Assembly: GCA_963806855.1 (NCBI GenBank)
Contig: CAWDYW010000001.1
Location: 1,024,001 to 1,088,000, forward strand
DNA from: an uncultured Verrucomicrobiae bacterium
GTDB lineage: Bacteria; Chlamydiota; Chlamydiia; Chlamydiales; Rhabdochlamydiaceae
Length of the DNA: 64,000 bases
Direction of reading: 5' to 3'
In this document: one piece after another, positions 48,800 to 57,975 of the stretch
Layout: each line of letters begins with the position of its first letter
How positions within the stretch are numbered: the first letter of the stretch is position 1
Translations under genes and position numbers: made by a program
The notes under the pieces: generated by a model
What the model saw: the letters and a program-made list of their open reading frames with translations, nothing else
Database searches by the model: none
What the model was told of the DNA's origin: nothing

Positions 48800-51202
48800 C
48801 TATTTTCCTTTGGCTAGCAACCGTTTATTGACCCACCACTGTTGCAGAATTCCGAGGAGCATGGAGGAGATCCAGTAGAGGTTTAAGCCTGAGGGGAAGT
48901 TGTAGAACATGACGGTGAAGACGATCGTCATGATATTGCCCATGAACCGCTGCTGCCTTTGCTGATCGGTTGGTGCGCCTGCAGTCGTTGGAGGGGACAT
49001 CATTCTCTGTTGGAAGAACATGATTACGCCGAGCAAGATCGGGAGCAGGTGGAATGTCGTTCCAATTAGCGGAAGCGGATAATTCCAGCTGAAGATCACA
49101 TCAGGAGAAGTTAGGTTGTCGATCCATCCAGGAATGAAGGATGCCCCGCGCAGTTCAAAGGAGGTTTTCAGCAAGTCGAACATCCCGAAGAGGAACGGCA
49201 ACTGAATTAACATCGGCAGGCAGCCCCCGAAAGGATTGGCTCCCTCCTGGCGATAGAGATTCATGATCTCCATTTGAGCCCGTTTTGGATCCTTTTTGTA
49301 TTTATCTTGGATCGCCTTTAACTTTGGGGCGAGCTTTTGCAGCTTCGCTGTCGATTTCATCGACCAGTTGTTGAGCGGATAGAGCATGACCCGGAGCACA
49401 ACGGTCAATAAGATGATCGAAATTCCCCACGAGAAGGTGATGGAGTGGAAGAAATTCATAATGATGTAGAGAAACTTGGCGAAAGGCTGCGAAATAAAAG
49501 CGAACCAGCCATGTGGGCTTTTGGAGGCTAGGAAATCGGGATCTTGACCAGTGATCGGATCGGTGAAGGCCAAATCGACCTGCCTCAGCGTCTTCTCATC
49601 AAATGGTCCTACATAGATTCTATAATGGGAGGTCGATGGCTTCGAAAGGAGAGGGGCATTGATCACATAACCGGGAAATTTATCGGAAGGATACCGCTGA
49701 TATTGTGCATCGATGACTGAAATGCGCGAAGGGACCAGCTCTCCAGAGTTGGCCACCACTTCGAGGCCGGCTGGGCTTTTTTGTGTTGGGTTGAGGATGA
49801 TTCCGAAGAATCCATTTCCGTTACAATACCAATCGGCGCTGATGTGAGAGAAGTTGATGACATCTTTTGGCACTTTAATATCTTCAACGATCGGCTTGCC
49901 ATTGCGGAAGGTTCGATATTTGAGAGTTGGGCTGAAGCTGCCTGAAATCAGCTCTGCTTCAGGAACGCCGAGGCCGAGGACCAGATTGCGGGCATCTCCT
50001 TCGATTTTGACAGTTAAATCCAAGGTATAGGGGAATTCCTCTGGATTATCGGGGAGTTTAAATGTCTTGGTAATTTTGCGGGTTTGGTCGACAAATTCTA
50101 ACTCGATCAGATTTTTTTCAAACCGTTTAACGGTATATTCTTTCGGTTCAGGCGGCTGATCTTTTTCTGTGATGTTAAAGGCATAATAATAAGGCTTAAT
50201 CGTTGTCAACGTGGTCGTATCTGTGACCACAATTCCACGGCGCAGCAGGGGATAATAACCACCTGTTTTGGGCTGCATGGCGATTGTGCCCCCTTTGCCA
50301 TCAGAAATAACATAAGGATTCTGAGGGAACCGATCGTAGTCCGGATAATTTGCCTTGATGGTTCGATCGATGCCGATTTCGCGGACGACGCTATGGGGAT
50401 TTTGCTCCGAATTGAATGGGAGGTTGATTTCTGAAACTGATCCATTGATGCGTGAGAAGACCAGCTGGAGGTAGTCATTTTCGAGCACATAGCCTTCCTG
50501 ATGCCGATAATGGAAACCAGCGCCAGAAACCTCTGGGTAGGTGAACATATCGAAATTTTGGAATGGCTTATATTCTTGGAGATAATTGACTGTGCTACTA
50601 CTAGCAACATAGAAAGCATAGGGGTTATGCTCTCCCTGAAAATCGAAAAGCAGAAGCATATTTTTGGGGGGAGCTTGCCCAAATGAGATTTGAGTAACGC
50701 CTTCTGTTTTCCCCTTTATCGCATAGACATGCTGCCCTTCAAAGTAGACCCCAGTGACATCATACGTCCCCTGATCAGGAATCCAAGGTGTATTCAACTT
50801 GGCGAGTGAGAAAGTTGAATAGAGGATTGGATCTCCCACTTTCTCAGGTTTTACTCTCAATTGAAAGCGCTCAGAGATCGGCGTTCCATTAGTCACTTTG
50901 ACGTAGGCCACATCAGGAAGTTTAACAGTCGGGGCGATCGAAATGAAGGCATCTTGTTGGAGAATTCCTTTGGTGACAAACTTGGTCATCTCAAAGTCAC
51001 TGTACAAAGAGACAATACCGAGCTCTTTTTCCTCAGCGGCGCTCAAGGGGCCACTTGGAATTCCTTCTCCCGATACGACCACTTTGGTTATCGGTTGAGT
51101 AAATGTTGGCGTTTTCGATCCCACACCAAAATCGAAGACCTGGTGCATGATGAAAAAGACGATGGTCATCCCAACTAGAAAAATAAGTGTACGTTTATCC
51201 AT
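48800..51202 (-). CDS. yidC: Membrane protein insertase (long chlamydial form, 800 aa)
   Basis: MDKRTLIF, SWGISIILLT..RVMLYPL, GGCLPMLIQLP, WIDNLTSPD, FPSGLNLYW. Confidence 0.95.
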   Translation of the reverse strand: MDKRTLIFLVGMTIVFFIMHQVFDFGVGSKTPTFTQPITKVVVSGEGIPSGPLSAAEEKELGIVSLYSDFEMTKFVTKGILQQDAFISIAPTVKLPDVAYVKVTNGTPISERFQLRVKPEKVGDPILYSTFSLAKLNTPWIPDQGTYDVTGVYFEGQHVYAIKGKTEGVTQISFGQAPPKNMLLLFDFQGEHNPYAFYVASSSTVNYLQEYKPFQNFDMFTYPEVSGAGFHYRHQEGYVLENDYLQLVFSRINGSVSEINLPFNSEQNPHSVVREIGIDRTIKANYPDYDRFPQNPYVISDGKGGTIAMQPKTGGYYPLLRRGIVVTDTTTLTTIKPYYYAFNITEKDQPPEPKEYTVKRFEKNLIELEFVDQTRKITKTFKLPDNPEEFPYTLDLTVKIEGDARNLVLGLGVPEAELISGSFSPTLKYRTFRNGKPIVEDIKVPKDVINFSHISADWYCNGNGFFGIILNPTQKSPAGLEVVANSGELVPSRISVIDAQYQRYPSDKFPGYVINAPLLSKPSTSHYRIYVGPFDEKTLRQVDLAFTDPITGQDPDFLASKSPHGWFAFISQPFAKFLYIIMNFFHSITFSWGISIILLTVVLRVMLYPLNNWSMKSTAKLQKLAPKLKAIQDKYKKDPKRAQMEIMNLYRQEGANPFGGCLPMLIQLPFLFGMFDLLKTSFELRGASFIPGWIDNLTSPDVIFSWNYPLPLIGTTFHLLPILLGVIMFFQQRMMSPPTTAGAPTDQQRQQRFMGNIMTIVFTVMFYNFPSGLNLYWISSMLLGILQQWWVNKRLLAKGK

Positions 51203-51274
51203 AAGTACAGAATGGTATCAACCTTATGAATTTTACTCCATCATTTGTCAAAAAATCGTCTTAACGGGGGTCTG

Positions 51275-51420
51275 TTGGCCGAATTCTATGGAATTCGGCC
51301 AAAAATGGCCGAATACGGCCAAAAATGGCCGAATTATTGGGAATACGGCCAAAAAATGACCGAATACGGCCAAAAATGGCCGAATTATTGGAAATACGGC
51401 CAAAAAATGGCCGTATTATT
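51275..51420. repeat. Tandem array of short palindromic GGCCGAAT..CGGCC units (~51-bp higher-order period)
   Basis: 12-bp hairpin 51275-51302, near-identical units 51301-51350 and 51351-51401, and a partial third unit. Confidence 0.85.
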
Positions 51421-52141
51421 CCATCGCCAGTTCAAGTAATTGGTCTAGTCCTTCCTCGACGGGCTCTTTGCGGAAGTGGGGGTCCCACTGCTCGCCGTAG
51501 AGGAGGTCGCTGATGACGAAGCCGGCGCCGAGCTCGACGCCGCGCATTTGGGCGACGGCAAAGAGGGCGCTGGCCTCCATCTCGACGGTGAGGACTCCCT
51601 CTTTTTGGTAGGCGGCGATCTCTTCGCGGGTGTGGCGGAAGAAGGCGTCGATGGTCCAGGTGGTGCCGATGCGGGAGAATTTTTTGGCGAAACGGCCATG
51701 GTCGGTGGGGGCGCTGTAGCGGCCGGCGGGGAGGTAGTGGTGGGAGGTCCCTTCGTCGCGGATCGCCCGGTCACAGCCGACGAGGTCGCCGATTTTTAGG
51801 TCGGGTGCAATGGCGCCGGCTGTGCCGATGGATATGAAATCTTTGACTCCCCAGGCAATTAGCATTTCGAGCGAGACCACAGCGCGGGGGGCTCCGATCC
51901 CATATTGGCCGATGGCGATCTCGTCGTTAAGCCAATAGAGTCTGCGGAAGGCGCCGGTCGAGAAGCGGCCTTTGAAGGTTTCAGTGACCCGATCCATAAA
52001 TGAATTTTGATAACAGAGGATGACCCGCTTGGGACAGGGCCCTTCGGGGACGCGGCCGATCTGTTTCTGATAATCGAAGGAGGCGCGCGGAGAGATGAGT
52101 GCATCGAACTGATGCTTGTCGCGGTAGTTAGGAAAGCTCAT
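51416..52141 (-). CDS. Nucleoside phosphorylase (PNP/UDP family)
   Basis: GIGAP, IGTAGA, AIRDEGTSHHY, WTIDAFFR, VEMEASA, VISD. Confidence 0.9.
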   Translation of the reverse strand: MSFPNYRDKHQFDALISPRASFDYQKQIGRVPEGPCPKRVILCYQNSFMDRVTETFKGRFSTGAFRRLYWLNDEIAIGQYGIGAPRAVVSLEMLIAWGVKDFISIGTAGAIAPDLKIGDLVGCDRAIRDEGTSHHYLPAGRYSAPTDHGRFAKKFSRIGTTWTIDAFFRHTREEIAAYQKEGVLTVEMEASALFAVAQMRGVELGAGFVISDLLYGEQWDPHFRKEPVEEGLDQLLELAME

Positions 52142-52170
52142 CCTATTTGATAGCGCGGAAACCCAGTCCT

Positions 52171-53484
52171 TTAGGACTGGGAGGAAGCGCTCCTCCCTGT
52201 TATAAATTTTTTTGAAATAAACGGATAGTGATATCCATCAGAGCGTTGAATAAGGCGGCAATCTTTCCAGTTGATACCTTGGACAACTCCCTGTTCAGTC
52301 TGTATATTAAAGCTGCCAGATGCACGAACAGCTACTCGTCCTGTGTATTGACCTATTTTTTTACCTTTTAAGACTTTAGCTATTACCCGATCGCCTGTTT
52401 GGAATCCATGCACCCGTTTCTGTCTTGTCAAAATTCCTCGACGGGATCCAAAACGATCTAAACGAGTTCTTTGATAAGCCCCTCTTCCAGTGCAATGAAT
52501 CTGTTGAATTGGCTTTTGCCAGTTGTGCAGCTCCGAAAATGTTCCGGTGCACGCTGCGTCCAGTGCATGTGTTTTTGGAATATGTAAACGAATCCGGTTA
52601 TATTTGGTTTGCCCTCCGGTTCCTGCCTCAAATGCTATAGGCAATTCTTTCAAACAGCGCGTCAGTGCATTGCGCGTACTGTTCACTGCGGCAGCATCAT
52701 GAAATCTGACTGCTTTAGAAATTGTTAGAGCTTGCTTAGGAGCAAATTGCTCAAGTGATGAATTTCCTTTTTTTAAATTACAGCTGCCACATGCAAGAGT
52801 CAGGTTATCGATCTTATTGGATCCTCCCAGGCTGCGAGGTTCAATATGGTCGATTTGCAGGGGAACTTCTTTCGCATTGCAATAGACACATTTTCGTCCC
52901 CATTTTTCAAGGAGGTATTCCCGAATCTCATAACCAAAAAGGGTTCCTTGTTGGTATTCAACTCCGCCTATTTCAGGATTCATGAGTTTCTGTACATCAA
53001 AACGGACAGTTTCACAGGTGATAGCGGTGAGGGGAAGGTAGCGCATTAAACGCTTTGTCCAGTTCAGGACCGCATCGACTCGATGCTGCAATGAGGGTGC
53101 AATCCATCCCGCTTTTCGACACCTGTTAGCAAAGCGAGGAGCTCGATACCGTAATTTAGATCTCCGTTGTTTTCGCATCCCTGAGCGTGCTATTAGCCTT
53201 TCACTAATTGTGCGTCCACGATGACGAATTTCCATGAGTGAGAGAACTGTTTGCTTCTCTCCATTTTCTAAAACGATGGCAACTCCTGTATTTATACTTC
53301 CTGGGTCAATTTTAATACGCACTGGTTGCAAAACTGAAGTTTGTACTGTACGGTCGACTAAGCGAATAACGAAGGGATACATAGAATGTATCCGTGCCCT
53401 TTTTTTAGTTAGCAGGCGCTTTGCTCTTTTTTCAGAGCAAGGCATTAACGGTGTATGATTTTTATCTAATACTACTACAGCCAA
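52171..53484 (-). CDS. iscB: RNA-guided endonuclease IscB, copy 1
   Basis: PLMP domain, RuvC-I IDPGS, Arg-rich bridge helix, RuvC-II CETVRFD, HNH (CVYC..IDHIEPR..NLTLACGSCN), RuvC-III THALDAAC. TTG start with AAGGAG RBS. Confidence 0.95.
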   Translation of the reverse strand: MAVVVLDKNHTPLMPCSEKRAKRLLTKKRARIHSMYPFVIRLVDRTVQTSVLQPVRIKIDPGSINTGVAIVLENGEKQTVLSLMEIRHRGRTISERLIARSGMRKQRRSKLRYRAPRFANRCRKAGWIAPSLQHRVDAVLNWTKRLMRYLPLTAITCETVRFDVQKLMNPEIGGVEYQQGTLFGYEIREYLLEKWGRKCVYCNAKEVPLQIDHIEPRSLGGSNKIDNLTLACGSCNLKKGNSSLEQFAPKQALTISKAVRFHDAAAVNSTRNALTRCLKELPIAFEAGTGGQTKYNRIRLHIPKTHALDAACTGTFSELHNWQKPIQQIHCTGRGAYQRTRLDRFGSRRGILTRQKRVHGFQTGDRVIAKVLKGKKIGQYTGRVAVRASGSFNIQTEQGVVQGINWKDCRLIQRSDGYHYPFISKKFITGRSASSQS

Positions 53485-53499
53485 TGACTGTCTCTCCTT

Positions 53500-53784
53500 A
53501 AAACACTAAAAAATTGCCATTACTGGCCTTGTAACGCCCCATCTACTTACGTTTCTGGGGTCTCCCCTCGGGAATGTTGTAACACAGCATCATGTAGCAA
53601 TCCGTTTCGTCCTTACCCTATCGGTTGTCTGCAACTGCTACTTCCAGTGTCCGGAGCTGAGGAAGCACTCCGGAGTGGGTCTTTAACCTTGTTACAACGT
53701 AGCGGGTTGGTTACCGCTTTCCCTGTTCAACTTAGGCTTGTTAGTTTCCCTCCAAGCCTCTCCCTTTAGGGAGGGGTAGTTGAC
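53500..53784 (-). ncRNA. omegaRNA (HEARO-like) scaffold of IscB copy 1
   Basis: About 285-nt structured non-coding region 5' of iscB, conserved in copy 2, with GTCAACTACCCC start, CTACGTT, TGCTTCCTCAGCTCCGG and AACATTCCCGAGGGGAGA motifs. 3' limit approximate. Confidence 0.85.
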
Positions 53785-53787
53785 GGG

Positions 53788-55785
53788 CTAACGCTCTTCG
53801 TGTAGATGGGGGTGCTGCGCCAGGAACTCTTGGAACTCGGAGGTGGAGCGGAGCCCTTCGAGCCACTCGTCGCCGAGGAGCTCATCCATTGGGGGGAGAG
53901 CGGCAAAATGGCTCGCTTTTTGCAAGAAGAGCATTGCCCGATCGTTTTGCTGCAGCAGGGAGAAGATGCAGCTGAGGTGATAGTAGGCTTGGGCATTGCC
54001 CAGTTTGGCTGCGAGGGTCATTTTTTGCTCGGCCTCATTCATCAGCTGCTGTACGTCGGTGAGGATCGGGGTGTGCTGTGCGATGTTGACAAGGGCGATG
54101 CCCCAATCGAGGATCATCTGGTCGTTGTCTTCGTCGTGGCGCAAGGCGAGGCGGAGGTGGTGGATCGCACGGTAAAAATAGTCAATCTCATTCATCAATT
54201 CGCCGAGATGGCAAAAGGCTTGCGCAAGGCGATGGTGAATGTGGTGGAAGTCGGGGTCGACCATCAGGACGTGAGAGAAGATTTCGATGGCGCGGACATA
54301 AAATTTTTCGTCGTCGTGGTAATCGCCGAGCATGTCGAGGGTAGAGGCGTAGCTGAAGAGCCATTCAGGGTGGAGGTAGACGGCGTTTTTCTGCATGCTG
54401 AGAGCCACTTCAAAGTGGTAGATCGACTGCTCGAGCCATTTTTTCTCGTGGGTCATCTCGCCGAGTTTGGAGAGGGATTTGGCATAGTCGATATGGCGTG
54501 TGCTCGATTCGACGAGGCTAAGGGTTTTTTCGTAGAATTTGAGTGACTGGATGAGCAGATCGCTGTCGCCTTCGAGGGTTCCAACTTTCGTATAGGTATT
54601 GGCGATCGCATGCCAGAGTTCATCATCGGAGCGGTCAATCGAAAGGCCGATCTGAAATTTTTCGATCGCTTGATAGTAGTAGTCGTAGTCGTTGAAGTAG
54701 GCGCCAAAGCAGCAGAAGCACATGCCGAGGCTGTACCAAAGGGCAGGATCGTCTTCGTCGATTTCAAAGGCTTCGGCGATTTTGTTTTCGGCTTCGTAAA
54801 TGAGGTCGAGCCGCTCGGTCAGTTGGCCGAGGAGGGCGAGCGCTTCAGCCCAAGTGGCTAGGGTGAGCGGATTTTCATTGTCGCAGGCATAGGCACGGTG
54901 GCACTTTTCTAAGCAGAGGCGGAGTCTTTTGAGGTCGCTACTGCGCCGAGCGCTATTGAGGAGAAACCCTGCCCACTCGAGCCAATGATCAGCCTCTTGG
55001 GGGGCAATCTTGGAACAATTGGCATAGCACTCATTGGCTTGCAAGAAATGATCTTCATCGTGGGTATATTCGTAGAGGGCGCTGAGGGCGTCAGCTAGGC
55101 CGCTCCAGCTATCAAAGCAGCTATCATCTTGGGAGATCGCATGTTTATAGCAGCCCACCGCTTTGATGACTTGGCGCACATCCATCACGAGGGGGGCCAA
55201 GGAGAGGGCTGCCAGGCCGAAGTCAATCCAAAAGTCAGCGGGCAGTCGCTGAGCTGCTTCGATAGCGCTCTCAAAGGAGTGGATCGCTTTTTGATAATCG
55301 ACCGCTTCACCTGAATGGTCGCCAATATAGCCCCAAATGATCCCATGATCCCATAGAAGGTCGGCCGATGGGGTGTCTATCTCCATCGCTTGTTCATACT
55401 TGTTTTTAGCATCGACAAAGTAGTGGTGCTCATTCTGCCTTTCACCAAGTAGGGCCAGTGTATTGCCCCAGGCATGGAGCGCATCGATGTTGGCAGGATC
55501 GAGGCGGTGGGCTAATTTAAATTTCTTACATGCTAGAAGGAGCGCCTGCTCACGACCTTCTTCACTGCCGTACTCAAAGAGGGAGAGCCCTTCTCGGTAA
55601 TAAAGGGAAGGATCGGAATCACCCAGCATCGTCTCTGCTTTGCGGAAAGCATCGAGCCCTTCAGCCAAATGGCCTTGGAGCAGCCGCTCTTCACCTAAAG
55701 AGACCAGCGACTGTGCCGGATCATTTAGGGGTAGGGCGTCCAGAGAGCATACTTGTGAATAAGCCTTGAAATCCATCCATCTCAC
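53788..55785 (-). CDS. Tetratricopeptide-repeat protein
   Basis: 665-aa ORF with repeated TPR-like helices (WGNTLA, WYSLG, AYYHLSCIFSL). Confidence 0.85.
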   Translation of the reverse strand: MRWMDFKAYSQVCSLDALPLNDPAQSLVSLGEERLLQGHLAEGLDAFRKAETMLGDSDPSLYYREGLSLFEYGSEEGREQALLLACKKFKLAHRLDPANIDALHAWGNTLALLGERQNEHHYFVDAKNKYEQAMEIDTPSADLLWDHGIIWGYIGDHSGEAVDYQKAIHSFESAIEAAQRLPADFWIDFGLAALSLAPLVMDVRQVIKAVGCYKHAISQDDSCFDSWSGLADALSALYEYTHDEDHFLQANECYANCSKIAPQEADHWLEWAGFLLNSARRSSDLKRLRLCLEKCHRAYACDNENPLTLATWAEALALLGQLTERLDLIYEAENKIAEAFEIDEDDPALWYSLGMCFCCFGAYFNDYDYYYQAIEKFQIGLSIDRSDDELWHAIANTYTKVGTLEGDSDLLIQSLKFYEKTLSLVESSTRHIDYAKSLSKLGEMTHEKKWLEQSIYHFEVALSMQKNAVYLHPEWLFSYASTLDMLGDYHDDEKFYVRAIEIFSHVLMVDPDFHHIHHRLAQAFCHLGELMNEIDYFYRAIHHLRLALRHDEDNDQMILDWGIALVNIAQHTPILTDVQQLMNEAEQKMTLAAKLGNAQAYYHLSCIFSLLQQNDRAMLFLQKASHFAALPPMDELLGDEWLEGLRSTSEFQEFLAQHPHLHEER

Positions 55786-55906
55786 CTTTGTGGTAAATGT
55801 GGGAGTATAAAAAAGGGGGATTTTTTCTACAATCTATACCCGTTTCTTTACTGATTTGATGTGGGTTTATTTGGTTGAACTTAAAACAGTTAGAACAAAT
55901 GAGAAG

Positions 55907-57109
55907 TCAAATAAAAATTTTTGTTAAAGAAGATTGTTTAGAGGGAAGGGGGTGAAGGGATATGATAATTTTTTTTGGAATTTTATAGCGGGGTAGAGAG
56001 TGCTGAAGAGCTCTCTGAATGTGATCAACCGCGAGCTCTTTTTTGCAATAGAGTGTTGCGACTGGACGCATTCCAAATTCTGGATCAGCTTCTGACACGA
56101 CGCGTGCTTCAATCACATCGGCAAGTTGCAACAGAGCTGCTTCAATTTCCTCAGGAATGATGTTCTCTCCGCCCGAAATAAACTGCCGATCTTTTCTCCC
56201 CACAATTTCGAGCATTGGATTCGCGATGTCGCCTGTAGCAAACCATTCGGGGATTGCCTCTTTTCCAAAATAACGCTCGAGCAGTGAGGGCCCTTTAAGA
56301 AGGATCTCTCCTTCGTCGGAAAGTTTCAGTTGGAAGTGGGGGAGGACTGAGATAGGGCAGCCGGGAGGTTTTATTAAGGCCATCGATGCAGATTCGGTCA
56401 TTCCATAAGAGCAATAAATAGGCAATTGTCTTGAAATCGCCTCATTATAGAGAGAAGGGGAGAGAGGCGCGCCACCGACGAGCAGACATTTAAGTTTGGG
56501 GAGCGGCTCATTTTTTTCAATTAGGCGGAAGAGTTGAGTCGGTACCATTGAGATATGTGTCGCGGCATCTCCTGGAAAAACGAGAGTAGCGCCTGCGACA
56601 AAAGTGCGGAGCATCGTCGCAATGCCTGAAATGTGGAAGAGGGGGAGGTTCAAACAATAGGTGTCACCCATTTGTAGATTGAGGGCATTAGCGCAAGAAC
56701 GAGCAGAAATGAGATGGCTTTTAAATATGTGGCAAACAATCTTTGCAGAAGAAGAGGTTTCAATAAGGGTGGCAAGAGCATTTTCGTCGATGGTATCGAT
56801 TTCTAGGGGGGGGCCAAACTCCGGCGAAACGAGCGCTGCGCCGGTTTTTTGGAGTCGCTCTTCAATGGCCGGTTGGGGGTGTCTGAAGCTGATCGGATAA
56901 ACCGCTTTTCCCATCCGCCAAGCAGCGAAAAAAAAGGCAACATCTATATAGGAGCCCTCCGGCACGAAGGCCAAGATATTTTCAGGAATCGAGCGGATAG
57001 CGCCGCATAGGCGGCCGATCATCCCATCAAGTTCCCGGTAGGTGATTCCGGGTAAGGCGAGCGCTTCAGGACGCTCCTGTTTCCAATTCGCAACAGGACA
57101 AGGTATCAT
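55907..57109 (-). CDS. menE: O-succinylbenzoate-CoA ligase
   Basis: LPLFHISG, SMVPTQL, SYGMTES, FATGD, GRKDRQFISGGENI. Last gene of the men cluster. Confidence 0.88.
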   Translation of the reverse strand: MIPCPVANWKQERPEALALPGITYRELDGMIGRLCGAIRSIPENILAFVPEGSYIDVAFFFAAWRMGKAVYPISFRHPQPAIEERLQKTGAALVSPEFGPPLEIDTIDENALATLIETSSSAKIVCHIFKSHLISARSCANALNLQMGDTYCLNLPLFHISGIATMLRTFVAGATLVFPGDAATHISMVPTQLFRLIEKNEPLPKLKCLLVGGAPLSPSLYNEAISRQLPIYCSYGMTESASMALIKPPGCPISVLPHFQLKLSDEGEILLKGPSLLERYFGKEAIPEWFATGDIANPMLEIVGRKDRQFISGGENIIPEEIEAALLQLADVIEARVVSEADPEFGMRPVATLYCKKELAVDHIQRALQHSLPRYKIPKKIIISLHPLPSKQSSLTKIFI

Positions 57110-57974
57110 TTTTATCTTCAAAGTAACGGAGTGTGTCGAGTCCGTGATAGGTATCGGTCAAACCTAAACGGTGGATCAGTTTTTCGATTTGGGCAATGCC
57201 GATCGGGCTCTCAAAGCTACTGGTCAGCACCACTTTTGGGCCTAAATTGAGCAGATGGGTGAAGGGGTAGGCCATTGTCGGTTTAATGATAAAGGCTTTG
57301 AGATTTTTCGAGCGCAAAAAGGGCTTAAGATCCTTATGATCGCGGAGTGTTTCATCCAAGGCGAAAGGATAGGGGAAGTGAATGAGATCTTTGGGGGTGG
57401 AGGTGGGCTCTTCGATATATTCAAAATGATCCTGAGGAAAGTTCTGGCAGAAAGAGAGCGTATCCTCTGTTTTCCATTTCCGATTTAGATCGAGGCGCAA
57501 GAGGAAGCGATCACCCAGTTTTTCGATCAAATCTAGAGCAGATTCTGGAGTAAAGTGACCAAGTTTAATTTTCGCACGACGATGCCCTTCTGCATAGACT
57601 TCATCGGCCAGATGTAAAATCTCTTCTGGAGAGCCGAAGAGAAGGGCATACTTGCAGCAGGCGAGAGTTTCGACTGGCGGCTCGAGCAGATCAATTAAGG
57701 CTGACTCGACCCCAAAGTAAACCGAAGAACAGAGCCCGAGGCTATCTAAATTGTGGAGGGCTTGTTTGGTCCACCAAGTGGTCAGGAGCTTCTTGGTGAT
57801 CTTTTGCAATTGTTGGTAGGCATCATCGAGAGTCTCGGTGCTGTAACCGGGCAGGGGCGAAATTTCGGCGGTTGCCACCCTTCCATCTTGGCCTGTGAGT
57901 TGCAATAAAATTCCTTTGCGTAGACAGCAGCTATCGATCAGGAAGGGGGTGAATTTACAGCTTTTAATAATCAT
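57066..57974 (-). CDS. menC: O-succinylbenzoate synthase
   Basis: EISPLPGYS, KIKLG, LRLDLN, YIEEP, ALDETL, IKPT, SSFES. The true start is the ATG abutting the IscB element. Confidence 0.9.
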   Translation of the reverse strand: MIIKSCKFTPFLIDSCCLRKGILLQLTGQDGRVATAEISPLPGYSTETLDDAYQQLQKITKKLLTTWWTKQALHNLDSLGLCSSVYFGVESALIDLLEPPVETLACCKYALLFGSPEEILHLADEVYAEGHRRAKIKLGHFTPESALDLIEKLGDRFLLRLDLNRKWKTEDTLSFCQNFPQDHFEYIEEPTSTPKDLIHFPYPFALDETLRDHKDLKPFLRSKNLKAFIIKPTMAYPFTHLLNLGPKVVLTSSFESPIGIAQIEKLIHRLGLTDTYHGLDTLRYFEDKNDTLSCCELETGAS

Positions 57975-57975
57975 C

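Larger units (their letters stand above)
52142..53784 (-). mobile_element. IS200/IS605-superfamily IscB element, copy 1 (non-autonomous, no tnpA)
   Basis: Boundaries defined by alignment with copy 2. Starts GTCAACTACCCCTCCCTAAAGGGAG and ends with hairpin CCCAGTCC-TAAA-GGACTGGG...TCAAATAGG, followed by ATGA. Confidence 0.9.

Noticed and set aside
51275..51420. Possible CRISPR array
   Set aside because: Units are contiguous with no unique spacers, and no cas genes are present.
47400..51420. Replication origin next to dnaA
   Set aside because: No cluster of TTATCCACA-type boxes was seen; dnaA is tightly packed behind yidC.
36283..54546. Long antisense ORFs (36283-36954, 39964-40695, 48275-48817, 53806-54546)
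   Set aside because: They are shadows of well-supported genes on the opposite strand, with no motifs of their own.
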